Of a stretch of 64,000 nucleotides of DNA, positions 19,387-28,303 are shown one piece after another. The notes beneath the pieces were generated by a model. The model did not search any database and had not been told where the DNA came from. It saw only the letters and a program-made list of their open reading frames with translations. The position numbers and the translations under genes are program-made. Origin of the DNA: a virus; the IMG/VR virus record IMGVR_UViG_3300025030_001854, positions 72,839 to 136,838 of that record; one strand, given 5' to 3'. Numbering within the stretch: the stretch's first letter is position 1; every line of letters starts with the position of its first letter.

Positions 19387-19965
19387 ATGTCAGAACTTAT
19401 CAAATTACATTTGGGGTGTTACCATCGGAAAATACATGGATATATTAACATAGATATCCGTCCAGAATGCTCTCCAGACCTAGTAGAAGACTGCTTCCTA
19501 TTATCTTCGTTTAAAAATAATAGTGTTGATGTTATTTATACTTGTCATATGCTTGAACATTGCAAAAGAGACGAAGTTCTTCCAATATTAATCCGCTGGA
19601 ATGAGATATTAAAACCAGGTGGTATTTTAAGGATTTCTGTCCCAGATTTTGAGGCTTTGTGTGAATATTATATTCAAACAAGAGATTTAGAAGCCATTAC
19701 AAATTTAATGTTTGGTTCCCAAAAACATGCTTATGATTTTCATTATATTGGTTTTAATGAAAAGTATTTAACTAGTTTATTAAAAGGATTAGATTTCGTA
19801 AATATCCATCGTTATGATTGGAGGGAAACAGAACATTTTTATATTGATGATTACTCTCAATGTTATTTGCCAAGTATTGAATATAAATCTAGAAGACTAA
19901 CTGATGAAATAAAAGGAAAACTAGTTAGTCTAAATATTGAAGCGGTAAAAGCTCTATCTATATGA
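19387..19965 (+). CDS. Class I SAM methyltransferase (type 11-like)
   Basis: KLHLGC, YINID, HMLEH, LKPGGILRISVPD. Confidence 0.85.
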   Translation: MSELIKLHLGCYHRKIHGYINIDIRPECSPDLVEDCFLLSSFKNNSVDVIYTCHMLEHCKRDEVLPILIRWNEILKPGGILRISVPDFEALCEYYIQTRDLEAITNLMFGSQKHAYDFHYIGFNEKYLTSLLKGLDFVNIHRYDWRETEHFYIDDYSQCYLPSIEYKSRRLTDEIKGKLVSLNIEAVKALSI

Positions 19966-20741
19966 CAAAACCAGAAATTTCAATCTTAATGCCAGCTATT
20001 CGTCCGCAGAACTGGACAAAAGTATATGAATCTATTTTGTCTTCAACAAGGCGTTCTTTTGAATTAGTTATTGTGGGACCACACCAATTACCAGAAAATC
20101 TTTTACAATATAAAAATATTAAATATGTTAGAGATTTCGGTTCTCCAGTAAGAGCATCTGCTATAGGAAGTCTTTTGTGTGAAGGAACATTTATATATCC
20201 CACTCATGCAGATGATTGTTTTTTAATTCAAGATTCTTTGGATAATAATATTGATATCCTTTCTAAATATAACGATGAACATGTAGTTGTTTGTAAGTAT
20301 TCAGAAAGCGAAAATTTATCCAGAGAAAATGATTATCAAAACGATGATTATTATAAAATTGTTAATGCTTATCCAGTAAATCCAATGGTAATTCCTAGTC
20401 ATTGGTTAATTTTTAATTCTGTTATTTGGTATAGAACAACTTTTGATAGAATTGGGGGATTTGATTGTCATTTTGAAACCTGCCCAATGGCTCATGCAGA
20501 TTTAGCTATAAGAAGTCAACACGTTGGTATTAAAGCTATTTTATCGTCTTTTCCATTATTAAAATGTGGCCATATGCCTGGAACCAGTGGCGACCATGCA
20601 CCCATACATTTTACCCAAATATTGAAAGATGACCCAAAATTTAGATTAAAATATAGCGAACCACTTGACGATTTAGTTAGTTGTATTGATAGATTAAATT
20701 GGAAAAAATATCCCAATGTTTGGAAAGAAAGATTTAATTAA
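19962..20741 (+). CDS. GT2-family glycosyltransferase, paralogue of 17043-17879
   Basis: ISILMPAIRP, HADD, IGGFD, GDHAP, W..YPNVW..RF shared with 17043-17879. Confidence 0.8.
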   Translation: MTKPEISILMPAIRPQNWTKVYESILSSTRRSFELVIVGPHQLPENLLQYKNIKYVRDFGSPVRASAIGSLLCEGTFIYPTHADDCFLIQDSLDNNIDILSKYNDEHVVVCKYSESENLSRENDYQNDDYYKIVNAYPVNPMVIPSHWLIFNSVIWYRTTFDRIGGFDCHFETCPMAHADLAIRSQHVGIKAILSSFPLLKCGHMPGTSGDHAPIHFTQILKDDPKFRLKYSEPLDDLVSCIDRLNWKKYPNVWKERFN

Positions 20742-20745
20742 AATT

Positions 20746-23103
20746 ATGGAAATCCTTATTTTAGCAGACTCTAGAGCTATGTGGCCGAGAGAATATAGTT
20801 GGCCTAATGTATTACAACAGATGCTTGGTAAAGGATATAATATCACGTCTTATATTAGCGGAATAGATAAATGGCTTGCATCTATTAATATGATGGAAGA
20901 ATTTCTTTTGGACAAATTCCCAGATAAAGTATTCGATATTATCATTATTCAAGCGGGATGGCATGAGGGAGGACCATGCTTCTGGCCCGAAGAAACGTGG
21001 AAAGAGATTATAAATACCAAAACCAGAGAATTTAACCAATCTTCTCTTATTGATAAAATAGAAAATAATGGTAAATCTAAATTTTTATATAAAGACGAAA
21101 AAGAAGAAAAATCTGTTTTTAAAACATTTAGGTCAAGAGGAAGAAATGTTATTTTTATTAATATGCATTCTGTTCGGCCACCAAACGATTTAAATAAAGA
21201 GTATGGTCTTGGAATGACTCATCAATATAAACAACTAGAAGCTAATTTTAGATTTTCTCCTGTTGATTGCGATTCTTTTTCTTTACCACAAGACAATGAA
21301 TGGATATCTAATTGTTGTTTACCTGATAGGTTGCATTATATGTTTCATGGAATTAATTATATTGCTACTTATTTAGCCAGATATATTCAACGAGCACACA
21401 AAATATTACCCAACCTATTAGCAGATTCATCTAAACACAAATCTCTTTTTGAAGAATCCAAAAGAATAGGTTCATTTATTGCAAATAATACACAGGAACG
21501 AGATAAAGTAATTTTGTGCGATGATTTGACTTCCAATTTAATTGCTGCTTTTTGGGGATGTATTCTTTATAATCGTATTCCATTGATTATACAACATCCT
21601 TCAGTTAAAGTTCATTCTTCAGAATTTCATAAAAAGTTACAAAGAATAAAAGAAATAGTAAATCCATCATTTTGTTTTTGTTCGGAAAAATATTTTTCGT
21701 CGCTTAAGACATTTTTTAACGCGGCATTTACTATAAATAATCCTCACAATGATAGATATGAATTAGATTTGATTGATTATTCTTCTGATGATGTCGCCTT
21801 TTTGCAATTATCATCAGGAACCACTGGTGACGTTAAAATATTAGAAGTAACACATAAGCAAGCAATAGAGAATGTCGAAGAATATGCTCTTATTTCTAAC
21901 ATCAATCAGTATAGTTCTATTGTTTCTTGGCTACCATTATATCACGATATGGGATTAATTACTTCGGTTATTATTCCTGTTGTTATGGATTGTTCAGTTG
22001 CATATATAGATACATTTTTATGGCTTTCTCGCCCAGTGTTAATATTAGAAATGATTGAGAAATATAAAGCTACTCATGTTTGGTGGCCGAATTTTGTTTT
22101 TTCGTTTTTGGCTAATCAAAAAGACGATATATCTAAAATAGATTTATCTTCTTTACAATTTTTAATTAGTTGTTCTGAGCTTTCATTCAATAAAGATATT
22201 AATAAATTTATTGAAAAATATAAAAATAATAAACTTAATTGTCAGATAGCTAATTGTTATGCCCTAGCGGAAAATGTATTTGCCGTCAGTCAATCTAATT
22301 CTCTATCTTCAATAACACTAGCTAATGGTTTTTCATTAACAAGTTGCGGTAGAGCTATGCAGGGGATTTCTGTTTTAATTTTAAATGATAACGAAGAAGA
22401 TATTACTGGGGAACCAGTTGTTGGTAAAATTTATATTAAAAGTAATACTATTACAACTAAGACTCTAAATAAATATGGATATTATGATACTGGAGATTTA
22501 GGATTAATATATAATGGAGAAATTTTTGTAGCTGGAAGAAATAAAGACAATTTTGTTTCTTTTGGAATTAATATTTATCCAGAATTAGTTGAAAAAAGTC
22601 TTGATGGTATCAAAGGAATTACCCCAGGAAGAATAGCTTGTATTGGAATCCAAGATAATGAACTAGGAACATGTAGAACATTTATTATTGCTGAAACAAA
22701 CGACTTATCTCTTGCTGACGTTATCTCTAAAGAAATATCTTTAACTGTTAAAAATTTATACGAAGTCTCCCCTACTGTATTTATAGAAAATCCATCGTTT
22801 TTAATCAAAACTTCCAGTGGTAAAATAAGCCGTTTTCGTTCTGGGGAAAAACTAATTAAAAAAATAGGAATATTAAATATCATTAATAAATTCTTGGCTG
22901 AAAAAAATAAACCGAGTATTAGAATAAGCGACAGATTATATACCTCTGGTTTATTGGATAGTTTGGAACTGTTTGAATTAATTCTATTCTTAGAAAAATC
23001 AGGGGTATCTTTAAATAAAGAATTATTAACCAAAGATAGTTTTCGTATTGATTTAGACAAAATTGATAATATTGATGGAATTATAGCAGTATTACCAATA
23101 TAA
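20746..23103 (+). CDS. Tri-domain SGNH-like / FAAL-like acyl-AMP ligase / acyl carrier protein fusion
   Basis: ILADSR, QAGWHE, DRLHY (SGNH); LQLSSGTTG, SWLPLYHDMGL, YALAE, DTGDLG, KTSSGK (adenylation); GLLDSLEL (ACP). Likely start ATG 20746. Confidence 0.85.
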   Translation: MEILILADSRAMWPREYSWPNVLQQMLGKGYNITSYISGIDKWLASINMMEEFLLDKFPDKVFDIIIIQAGWHEGGPCFWPEETWKEIINTKTREFNQSSLIDKIENNGKSKFLYKDEKEEKSVFKTFRSRGRNVIFINMHSVRPPNDLNKEYGLGMTHQYKQLEANFRFSPVDCDSFSLPQDNEWISNCCLPDRLHYMFHGINYIATYLARYIQRAHKILPNLLADSSKHKSLFEESKRIGSFIANNTQERDKVILCDDLTSNLIAAFWGCILYNRIPLIIQHPSVKVHSSEFHKKLQRIKEIVNPSFCFCSEKYFSSLKTFFNAAFTINNPHNDRYELDLIDYSSDDVAFLQLSSGTTGDVKILEVTHKQAIENVEEYALISNINQYSSIVSWLPLYHDMGLITSVIIPVVMDCSVAYIDTFLWLSRPVLILEMIEKYKATHVWWPNFVFSFLANQKDDISKIDLSSLQFLISCSELSFNKDINKFIEKYKNNKLNCQIANCYALAENVFAVSQSNSLSSITLANGFSLTSCGRAMQGISVLILNDNEEDITGEPVVGKIYIKSNTITTKTLNKYGYYDTGDLGLIYNGEIFVAGRNKDNFVSFGINIYPELVEKSLDGIKGITPGRIACIGIQDNELGTCRTFIIAETNDLSLADVISKEISLTVKNLYEVSPTVFIENPSFLIKTSSGKISRFRSGEKLIKKIGILNIINKFLAEKNKPSIRISDRLYTSGLLDSLELFELILFLEKSGVSLNKELLTKDSFRIDLDKIDNIDGIIAVLPI

Positions 23104-23115
23104 AAGATATGAAGT

Positions 23116-23757
23116 ATGAATGTTTTGATTTTATCTGATTCTCGTGGAACTGTCCCACAAGGAAACTCATACATAAATAAATTAATACGTCTATTACCGA
23201 ATTTTTCTTTTACTTATTTTAATATTGGTTCTCAATTTCATATTAATACCCTAAATAAACTAGAAGAGTTTGTTATTGATTTAAATAAGAAATTTGATAT
23301 ATTAATAATTCAAGTTGGAATACATGATAATGGAGTTTTGCCTTGGCCTAAAACGATATGGGAATATTATTTAAATACCAAATATAGAAGATTTGAAAAA
23401 GCTTTTTTGTATCAACGTCCACCGTTCATGAATACAAATTTGTTTTTTTATCAAAACGAACAAGAAGAAAAAGATTGTTTTAAAACGTTTAGGAAATATT
23501 GCAAAAAAATAGTTTTTTTAAGTCCTCATGGTATATATTTATCAGTTTTCGAAAATAAAGTGATTCATTTTGGAGAGGACTATAGACAACTAAACCTAAA
23601 TAATATTAATAGAATATCTAAACTGGCCGACGAAACAATTTTTCTGCCACAAGACGAAAAATTTAAATTAAAATATACTATGGATGCAGGAATTCACTAT
23701 AATGACGCTGGTCATAATTTTATCGTGAGAAAAATTAAAAAAGCATTAAAATCATGA
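23116..23757 (+). CDS. Stand-alone SGNH/GDSL-like protein, paralogue of the N-domain of the upstream fusion
   Basis: ILSDSR, QVGIHD, DAGIHY; shares FDI.IIQ.G.H, WP...W and EEK..FKTFR with the upstream N-domain. Confidence 0.75.
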   Translation: MNVLILSDSRGTVPQGNSYINKLIRLLPNFSFTYFNIGSQFHINTLNKLEEFVIDLNKKFDILIIQVGIHDNGVLPWPKTIWEYYLNTKYRRFEKAFLYQRPPFMNTNLFFYQNEQEEKDCFKTFRKYCKKIVFLSPHGIYLSVFENKVIHFGEDYRQLNLNNINRISKLADETIFLPQDEKFKLKYTMDAGIHYNDAGHNFIVRKIKKALKS

Positions 23758-24656
23758 AAAAAATACTAATAACTGGAAAAACTGGAACAGTTGGTCAGAA
23801 CTTAAACTTTGGAATAGGTTTTTCTTCTCACGAATATGATTTAAGAGATAAAGACCAATGCAACCTCTTGTTTATGTCTCATCGCCCAGATGCGGTTGTT
23901 CATTGTGCTGCAAAGGTTGGGGGATTAAAATTTCATATCGAACAAAAATATAAGTTATTCTACGATAATATTTTAATTAATACTAATGTTTTGGAAGCAT
24001 GTAAAAACATGCATGTCCCAAGAGTATTATCGTTTTTATCTTCATGTATTTTTTCAGAAGAAATAAATAGACCTTATAAAGAAGAAGATTTACATATTGG
24101 ATTTCCGGCGCAAGTCCATTATCCTTATGGATTCGCGAAAAGAATGCTAGAAATACAAAGTCGTATTTGCTATGAAGAACATGGATTAATTTATAATTGT
24201 ATTATTCCAACTAATATTTATGGCCCAAATGATGATTTTAATCTAGAAACCGGACATGTAATAGGAGTATTAATATATAAAGCTCATCAAGCGAAATTAA
24301 ATGATACCTCTTTTTCTGTTTGGGGTGATGGAGAACAAGAACGAGAATTTTTATATGTAGATGACGTGGCAAAATTAACTGAATGGGCTTTAGAATATTA
24401 TAACGATAAAGAACCATTAATCTTTTGTAATAATCAGACTATTAAAATAAAATATATTGCAACTTTAATAGCTCGTGCGTTCGGAATAGAAAATAAATTA
24501 GAGTTTGATACCACTAAACCATCTGGACAGAAAATTAGACGTTTAAGCGGAAATAAGCTATTATCATTAAATGACTTCCCATTTACGTCAATTGAAAATG
24601 GAATAGAAAAAACCATTGAATGGTATTTAAATAATTATCCTAATATCAGAAAATAA
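23754..24656 (+). CDS. fcl: GDP-L-fucose synthase/ColC-like epimerase-reductase
   Basis: HCAAKVGG, LSSCIF, YGFAKR, PTNIYGPNDDF, WGDG..REFLYVDD. Confidence 0.85.
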   Translation: MKKILITGKTGTVGQNLNFGIGFSSHEYDLRDKDQCNLLFMSHRPDAVVHCAAKVGGLKFHIEQKYKLFYDNILINTNVLEACKNMHVPRVLSFLSSCIFSEEINRPYKEEDLHIGFPAQVHYPYGFAKRMLEIQSRICYEEHGLIYNCIIPTNIYGPNDDFNLETGHVIGVLIYKAHQAKLNDTSFSVWGDGEQEREFLYVDDVAKLTEWALEYYNDKEPLIFCNNQTIKIKYIATLIARAFGIENKLEFDTTKPSGQKIRRLSGNKLLSLNDFPFTSIENGIEKTIEWYLNNYPNIRK

Positions 24657-24657
24657 T

Positions 24658-25836
24658 ATGAATCAAATTAATCATCCATTAATGGCGGAAAATATTGACG
24701 AACAAGATATTCAATGTATTCAAGAATTTCTCTCTCAAAGACCTATACCGAAACTTACTAATGGCCCAAAAGTATTAGAATTTGAAAAAGAATGGTCTAA
24801 GTGGCTTGGGGTGAAATACAGCTTATTTGTTAATTCTGGAAGTTCAGCAAATGAGTTAACAATGTTAGCTATTAAATATCTTTATGGGGTTGGAGAGGTT
24901 ATTGTTCCTCCGTTAACGTGGGTCAGCGATATTTCTGCGGTTATTCATGCGAATATGAAGCCCGTTTTTTGTGATATTAATTTTGGAAATCTTTCTTTTG
25001 ACGAGCAAAAACTTTTTAAATTAATTACCCCTTCTACCAAAGCTATTTTCCTAACTCATGTTTTGGGTATAAACGGACTATCTCAACGGATTTTAGATAT
25101 ATGTAAAGAAAACGATATTTTATTAATAGAAGATGTATGTGAAAGTCATGGAACAACATTTAAGAATAAAAAATGTGGTTCTTTTGGATTTGCTAGTAAT
25201 TTTAGTTTTTATTTTGCTCATCATATGTCCACCATTGAGGGAGGAATGGTTTGTACTAATAATCGTAAATTCTATGAAGTATTAAGGTGTTTGCGTTCCC
25301 ATGGGATGTTAAGGGAATCAACACATGAAGTATTTAAAAAACAAATACTAAAAGAAAATCCTACTCTTAATCAAGACTTTGTATTCATTGCTCCATCTCA
25401 TAATTTTAGAAGTACAGAAATTAATGCAGTATTAGGATTATCTCAACTTAAAAAATTAGACTCAAATAATAAACTAAGACAAGAAAACTTTAAATACTTT
25501 TATGATGGTTTAAGACCAGATTTATATCATAAAGAGTTAAATTTACAAGGACAATGTAATTATGCTTTTATTGTTATCCTAAGAAATGGAAGTTTTAAAT
25601 TAAGAGATAAGATAGAAAAAACATTAAATAAAAATGGTATAGAATTTAGAAGGGGACTTTCTGGCGGCGGGAGTCAATTAAAACAACCATATTTAAAATC
25701 TATCGTTAAAATAAACGAGGAAGATTTTCCCCGAATGGAATTTATCCATCATTTTTCATGGTATATCGGAAATTATCCTTCTTTAACTAAAGAAAAAATA
25801 GACAATCTACTTAATATTCTCAATAATATTAAGTGA
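24658..25836 (+). CDS. DegT-family PLP enzyme, ColD-like GDP-4-keto-6-deoxymannose 3-dehydratase
   Basis: VNSGSSAN, EDVCESHG, FSFYFAHHMSTIEGG (His at the position of the Schiff-base Lys), LRSHG. Confidence 0.75.
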   Translation: MNQINHPLMAENIDEQDIQCIQEFLSQRPIPKLTNGPKVLEFEKEWSKWLGVKYSLFVNSGSSANELTMLAIKYLYGVGEVIVPPLTWVSDISAVIHANMKPVFCDINFGNLSFDEQKLFKLITPSTKAIFLTHVLGINGLSQRILDICKENDILLIEDVCESHGTTFKNKKCGSFGFASNFSFYFAHHMSTIEGGMVCTNNRKFYEVLRCLRSHGMLRESTHEVFKKQILKENPTLNQDFVFIAPSHNFRSTEINAVLGLSQLKKLDSNNKLRQENFKYFYDGLRPDLYHKELNLQGQCNYAFIVILRNGSFKLRDKIEKTLNKNGIEFRRGLSGGGSQLKQPYLKSIVKINEEDFPRMEFIHHFSWYIGNYPSLTKEKIDNLLNILNNIK

Positions 25837-25837
25837 T

Positions 25838-26584
25838 ATGAAACCGATTCTTGTTATTGGAGATACTTGCTCAGATGTATTTTTTTATGGGACTTGCGAA
25901 AGGCTAGCTCCCGATTCACCAGTCCCAGTTTTAGATATAGTTAAGCAAGAAAAAACTTTAGGGATGGCTGGAAATGTCTATCGAAATATTATAGATTTAG
26001 ATTTTCCTTGTGAGATAGTTACTAATAATAATTATCATGAGATTACTAAAACTAGATATGTGGATATTAAAACAAACCACATGTTTATAAGAATAGATTC
26101 CCAAGCAGAATACTCTCCTATAGACCGTCAAACTTTAGAAGCCCTTCCGTGGGACCATTGTTCGGCTGTAGTTATTTCTGATTATGATAAGGGATTCTTG
26201 AGTGAAAAAGACATTCAATATATTGCTGAACATCATCCTCTGACATTTTTAGATACTAAGAAGGTTCTTGGAGAGTGGGCTAATGATATTACTTTTATTA
26301 AGATTAATCGAAAAGAATATAGAGCTTCATTAAAATGTTTAACCCCAAGACTTCAATTAAAAATTATTGAAACATTAGGAGCTGATGGATGTAAGTATTT
26401 AGAACAAATTTTTCCAGTTAAACTTGTTGAAATTAAAAATTTATCAGGAGCAGGAGATTCATTCTTAGCTGGATTAGCTGTTAGTTTCGTAAAAACAGAG
26501 AATATGAATATTGCTATTCCATTCGCGAATAGTGTTGCTACGAAAGTAGTCCAAAAACTGGGAATTGGAACTATAAAAGGATAA
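25838..26584 (+). CDS. HldE/RfaE kinase-domain protein (heptose-7-phosphate kinase-like, PfkB family)
   Basis: RLAPDSPVPV, GMAGNV, ISDYDKG, GAGDSF. Confidence 0.8.
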   Translation: MKPILVIGDTCSDVFFYGTCERLAPDSPVPVLDIVKQEKTLGMAGNVYRNIIDLDFPCEIVTNNNYHEITKTRYVDIKTNHMFIRIDSQAEYSPIDRQTLEALPWDHCSAVVISDYDKGFLSEKDIQYIAEHHPLTFLDTKKVLGEWANDITFIKINRKEYRASLKCLTPRLQLKIIETLGADGCKYLEQIFPVKLVEIKNLSGAGDSFLAGLAVSFVKTENMNIAIPFANSVATKVVQKLGIGTIKG

Positions 26585-26587
26585 TAT

Positions 26588-26731
26588 ATGGATGGCTCAA
26601 TATTTCGCGGATTCGAGGTTATTTATAAATTATTTGTAGTGCTATTGGTTGTTTTTGTTCCATTAGGATTATGGAAAATGGTAGATATTATTATTTGGTT
26701 ATTTAAACATTTATCAGTTAGTTTTCAATAA
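26588..26731 (+). CDS. 47-aa membrane peptide
   Basis: Hand translation MDGSIFRGFEVIYKLFVVLLVVFVPLGLWKMVDIIIWLFKHLSVSFQ; fills the gap between two co-oriented genes almost exactly. Confidence 0.55.
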   Translation: MDGSIFRGFEVIYKLFVVLLVVFVPLGLWKMVDIIIWLFKHLSVSFQ

Positions 26732-26736
26732 AATTT

Positions 26737-27969
26737 ATGGAAAAAACAGTTATTATTACGGGTGTAAGTGGTCAGGATGGGTCATATATGGCAGAATATT
26801 GTCTTAATTTGGGACATAGAGTAATTGGTATGGTTAGACGAACCTCTCAGATGAATGATAAAAATTACGGTCATTTATTAAATAATCCCTTATTTAAGGT
26901 GGAAAGGGGAGATTTAACAGACAGTTCTTCTCTTGATAACATAGTGTCAAAATATAGGCCAGATTATTTTATTAATTTAGCGGCTCAATCTTTTGTAGCA
27001 GACAGTTGGACTATCCCAGAAGAGACATTTATGGTCGGGGCAGTTGGAGTCTTAAAATGTTTAGAAGCTATTAGAAAATATGCTCCTTTATGTCGTTTTT
27101 ATAATGCTGGTTCCTCAGAAGAGTTTGGAGACGTTCTATTCTCCCCACAAGACGAAACTCATCCCATGCGGCCAAGGTCGCCCTACGGGGCAGCTAAGTG
27201 TGCCGCTAGGCATCTGGTCAAAGTCTATAGAGAATCTTATGGTTTGTATGCTGTCCAAGGCTATCTTTTTAATCACGAAAGCGAAAGAAGGGGTTCTCAA
27301 TTCGTCACTCGAAAAATAACGCAAGGGGTTGCTCGTATTAAAAAAGCATTACTAAATAATGAACCTTTTAAACCAATCGAACTTGGAAATGTTTATACTA
27401 AAAGGGATTGGTCACACGCTGAAGATTTCATGGATGGTGTCTGGAGAATGCTAAATCAAGACAGATATAATATTGAACTTAATGACGAATTAAAATATGT
27501 AATTGGTGATAAAAAAACCGTATGGATATATTTAATTAAAAACCTTAAAGAATATGTTTTAGCTTCTGGAGAAACTCATACTATTGAAGAATTTGTTACT
27601 TTGGCTTTTAAACATGCGGGAATAGATGCTTTATGGGTAAATGGAACAACTGTCGAAGATTGTTTCAAAGGAATATCTTTTGACCCATTAAAAAGTAACT
27701 GCGGCATTCGTCAACCAAATGGGGTATATCCGTTTTTAGTTAATATTAGTAAAGAATTTTATCGACCCAACGAAGTAGAACTTTTACTCGGAAATCCAAA
27801 TAAAGCAAAATCCGAATTAGGATGGAAGCCAAAAATTTCATTTGACTCATTAGTAAAACGCATGGTATCATGGGACTTATATGAAGCAGGACTCCAACCA
27901 CAAAGAAATAATACAAAGCAAGAAAAAAGCTCCCAGGAAACTCAGCAATCAACAAAAATTAAGCAGTAA
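26737..27969 (+). CDS. gmd: GDP-mannose 4,6-dehydratase
   Basis: ITGVSGQDGSY, NLAAQSFV, SSEEFG, PRSPYGAAK, FNHES.RRG..FVTRKI, RDW.HAED, RP.EV.LLLG. Confidence 0.93.
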   Translation: MEKTVIITGVSGQDGSYMAEYCLNLGHRVIGMVRRTSQMNDKNYGHLLNNPLFKVERGDLTDSSSLDNIVSKYRPDYFINLAAQSFVADSWTIPEETFMVGAVGVLKCLEAIRKYAPLCRFYNAGSSEEFGDVLFSPQDETHPMRPRSPYGAAKCAARHLVKVYRESYGLYAVQGYLFNHESERRGSQFVTRKITQGVARIKKALLNNEPFKPIELGNVYTKRDWSHAEDFMDGVWRMLNQDRYNIELNDELKYVIGDKKTVWIYLIKNLKEYVLASGETHTIEEFVTLAFKHAGIDALWVNGTTVEDCFKGISFDPLKSNCGIRQPNGVYPFLVNISKEFYRPNEVELLLGNPNKAKSELGWKPKISFDSLVKRMVSWDLYEAGLQPQRNNTKQEKSSQETQQSTKIKQ

Positions 27970-28303
27970 ATTTTTAACGTGTGAATTCTTGCCCAAAACT
28001 CCCTCCTTTTGGGCGGGACAGATGAAGATTGTTAATGGTTTAATTAAAAAATATGGATTAGAATTTCTATTTTGGTGTCCTAAACCTAACAATTATAAAA
28101 TTACTTCTATGGTTTGGTTTCTCACAGAAGAAGGGAAACATTTTTTGTCAGACCAATTACTTGAATATAGTAAACAAAATACTAATCTATCTATTGACCC
28201 CATAAAGGTTGACCTAAAAGAAACTAAACTCGGCGAAGATATTATATTAGATAAAAAACCCAAAACTCTTAAAGAATTTTTAAATTATGGCAAAGAAAGA
28301 TAA
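27881..28303 (+). CDS. Hypothetical protein
   Basis: 140-aa ORF overlapping the gmd tail and the recA start. Confidence 0.6.
   Translation: MKQDSNHKEIIQSKKKAPRKLSNQQKLSSKFLTCEFLPKTPSFWAGQMKIVNGLIKKYGLEFLFWCPKPNNYKITSMVWFLTEEGKHFLSDQLLEYSKQNTNLSIDPIKVDLKETKLGEDIILDKKPKTLKEFLNYGKER

Noticed and set aside
22575-23174. 199-aa minus-strand ORF
   Set aside because: Antisense shadow of the adenylation/ACP gene; the other short nested or antisense ORFs in the track were dismissed for the same reason
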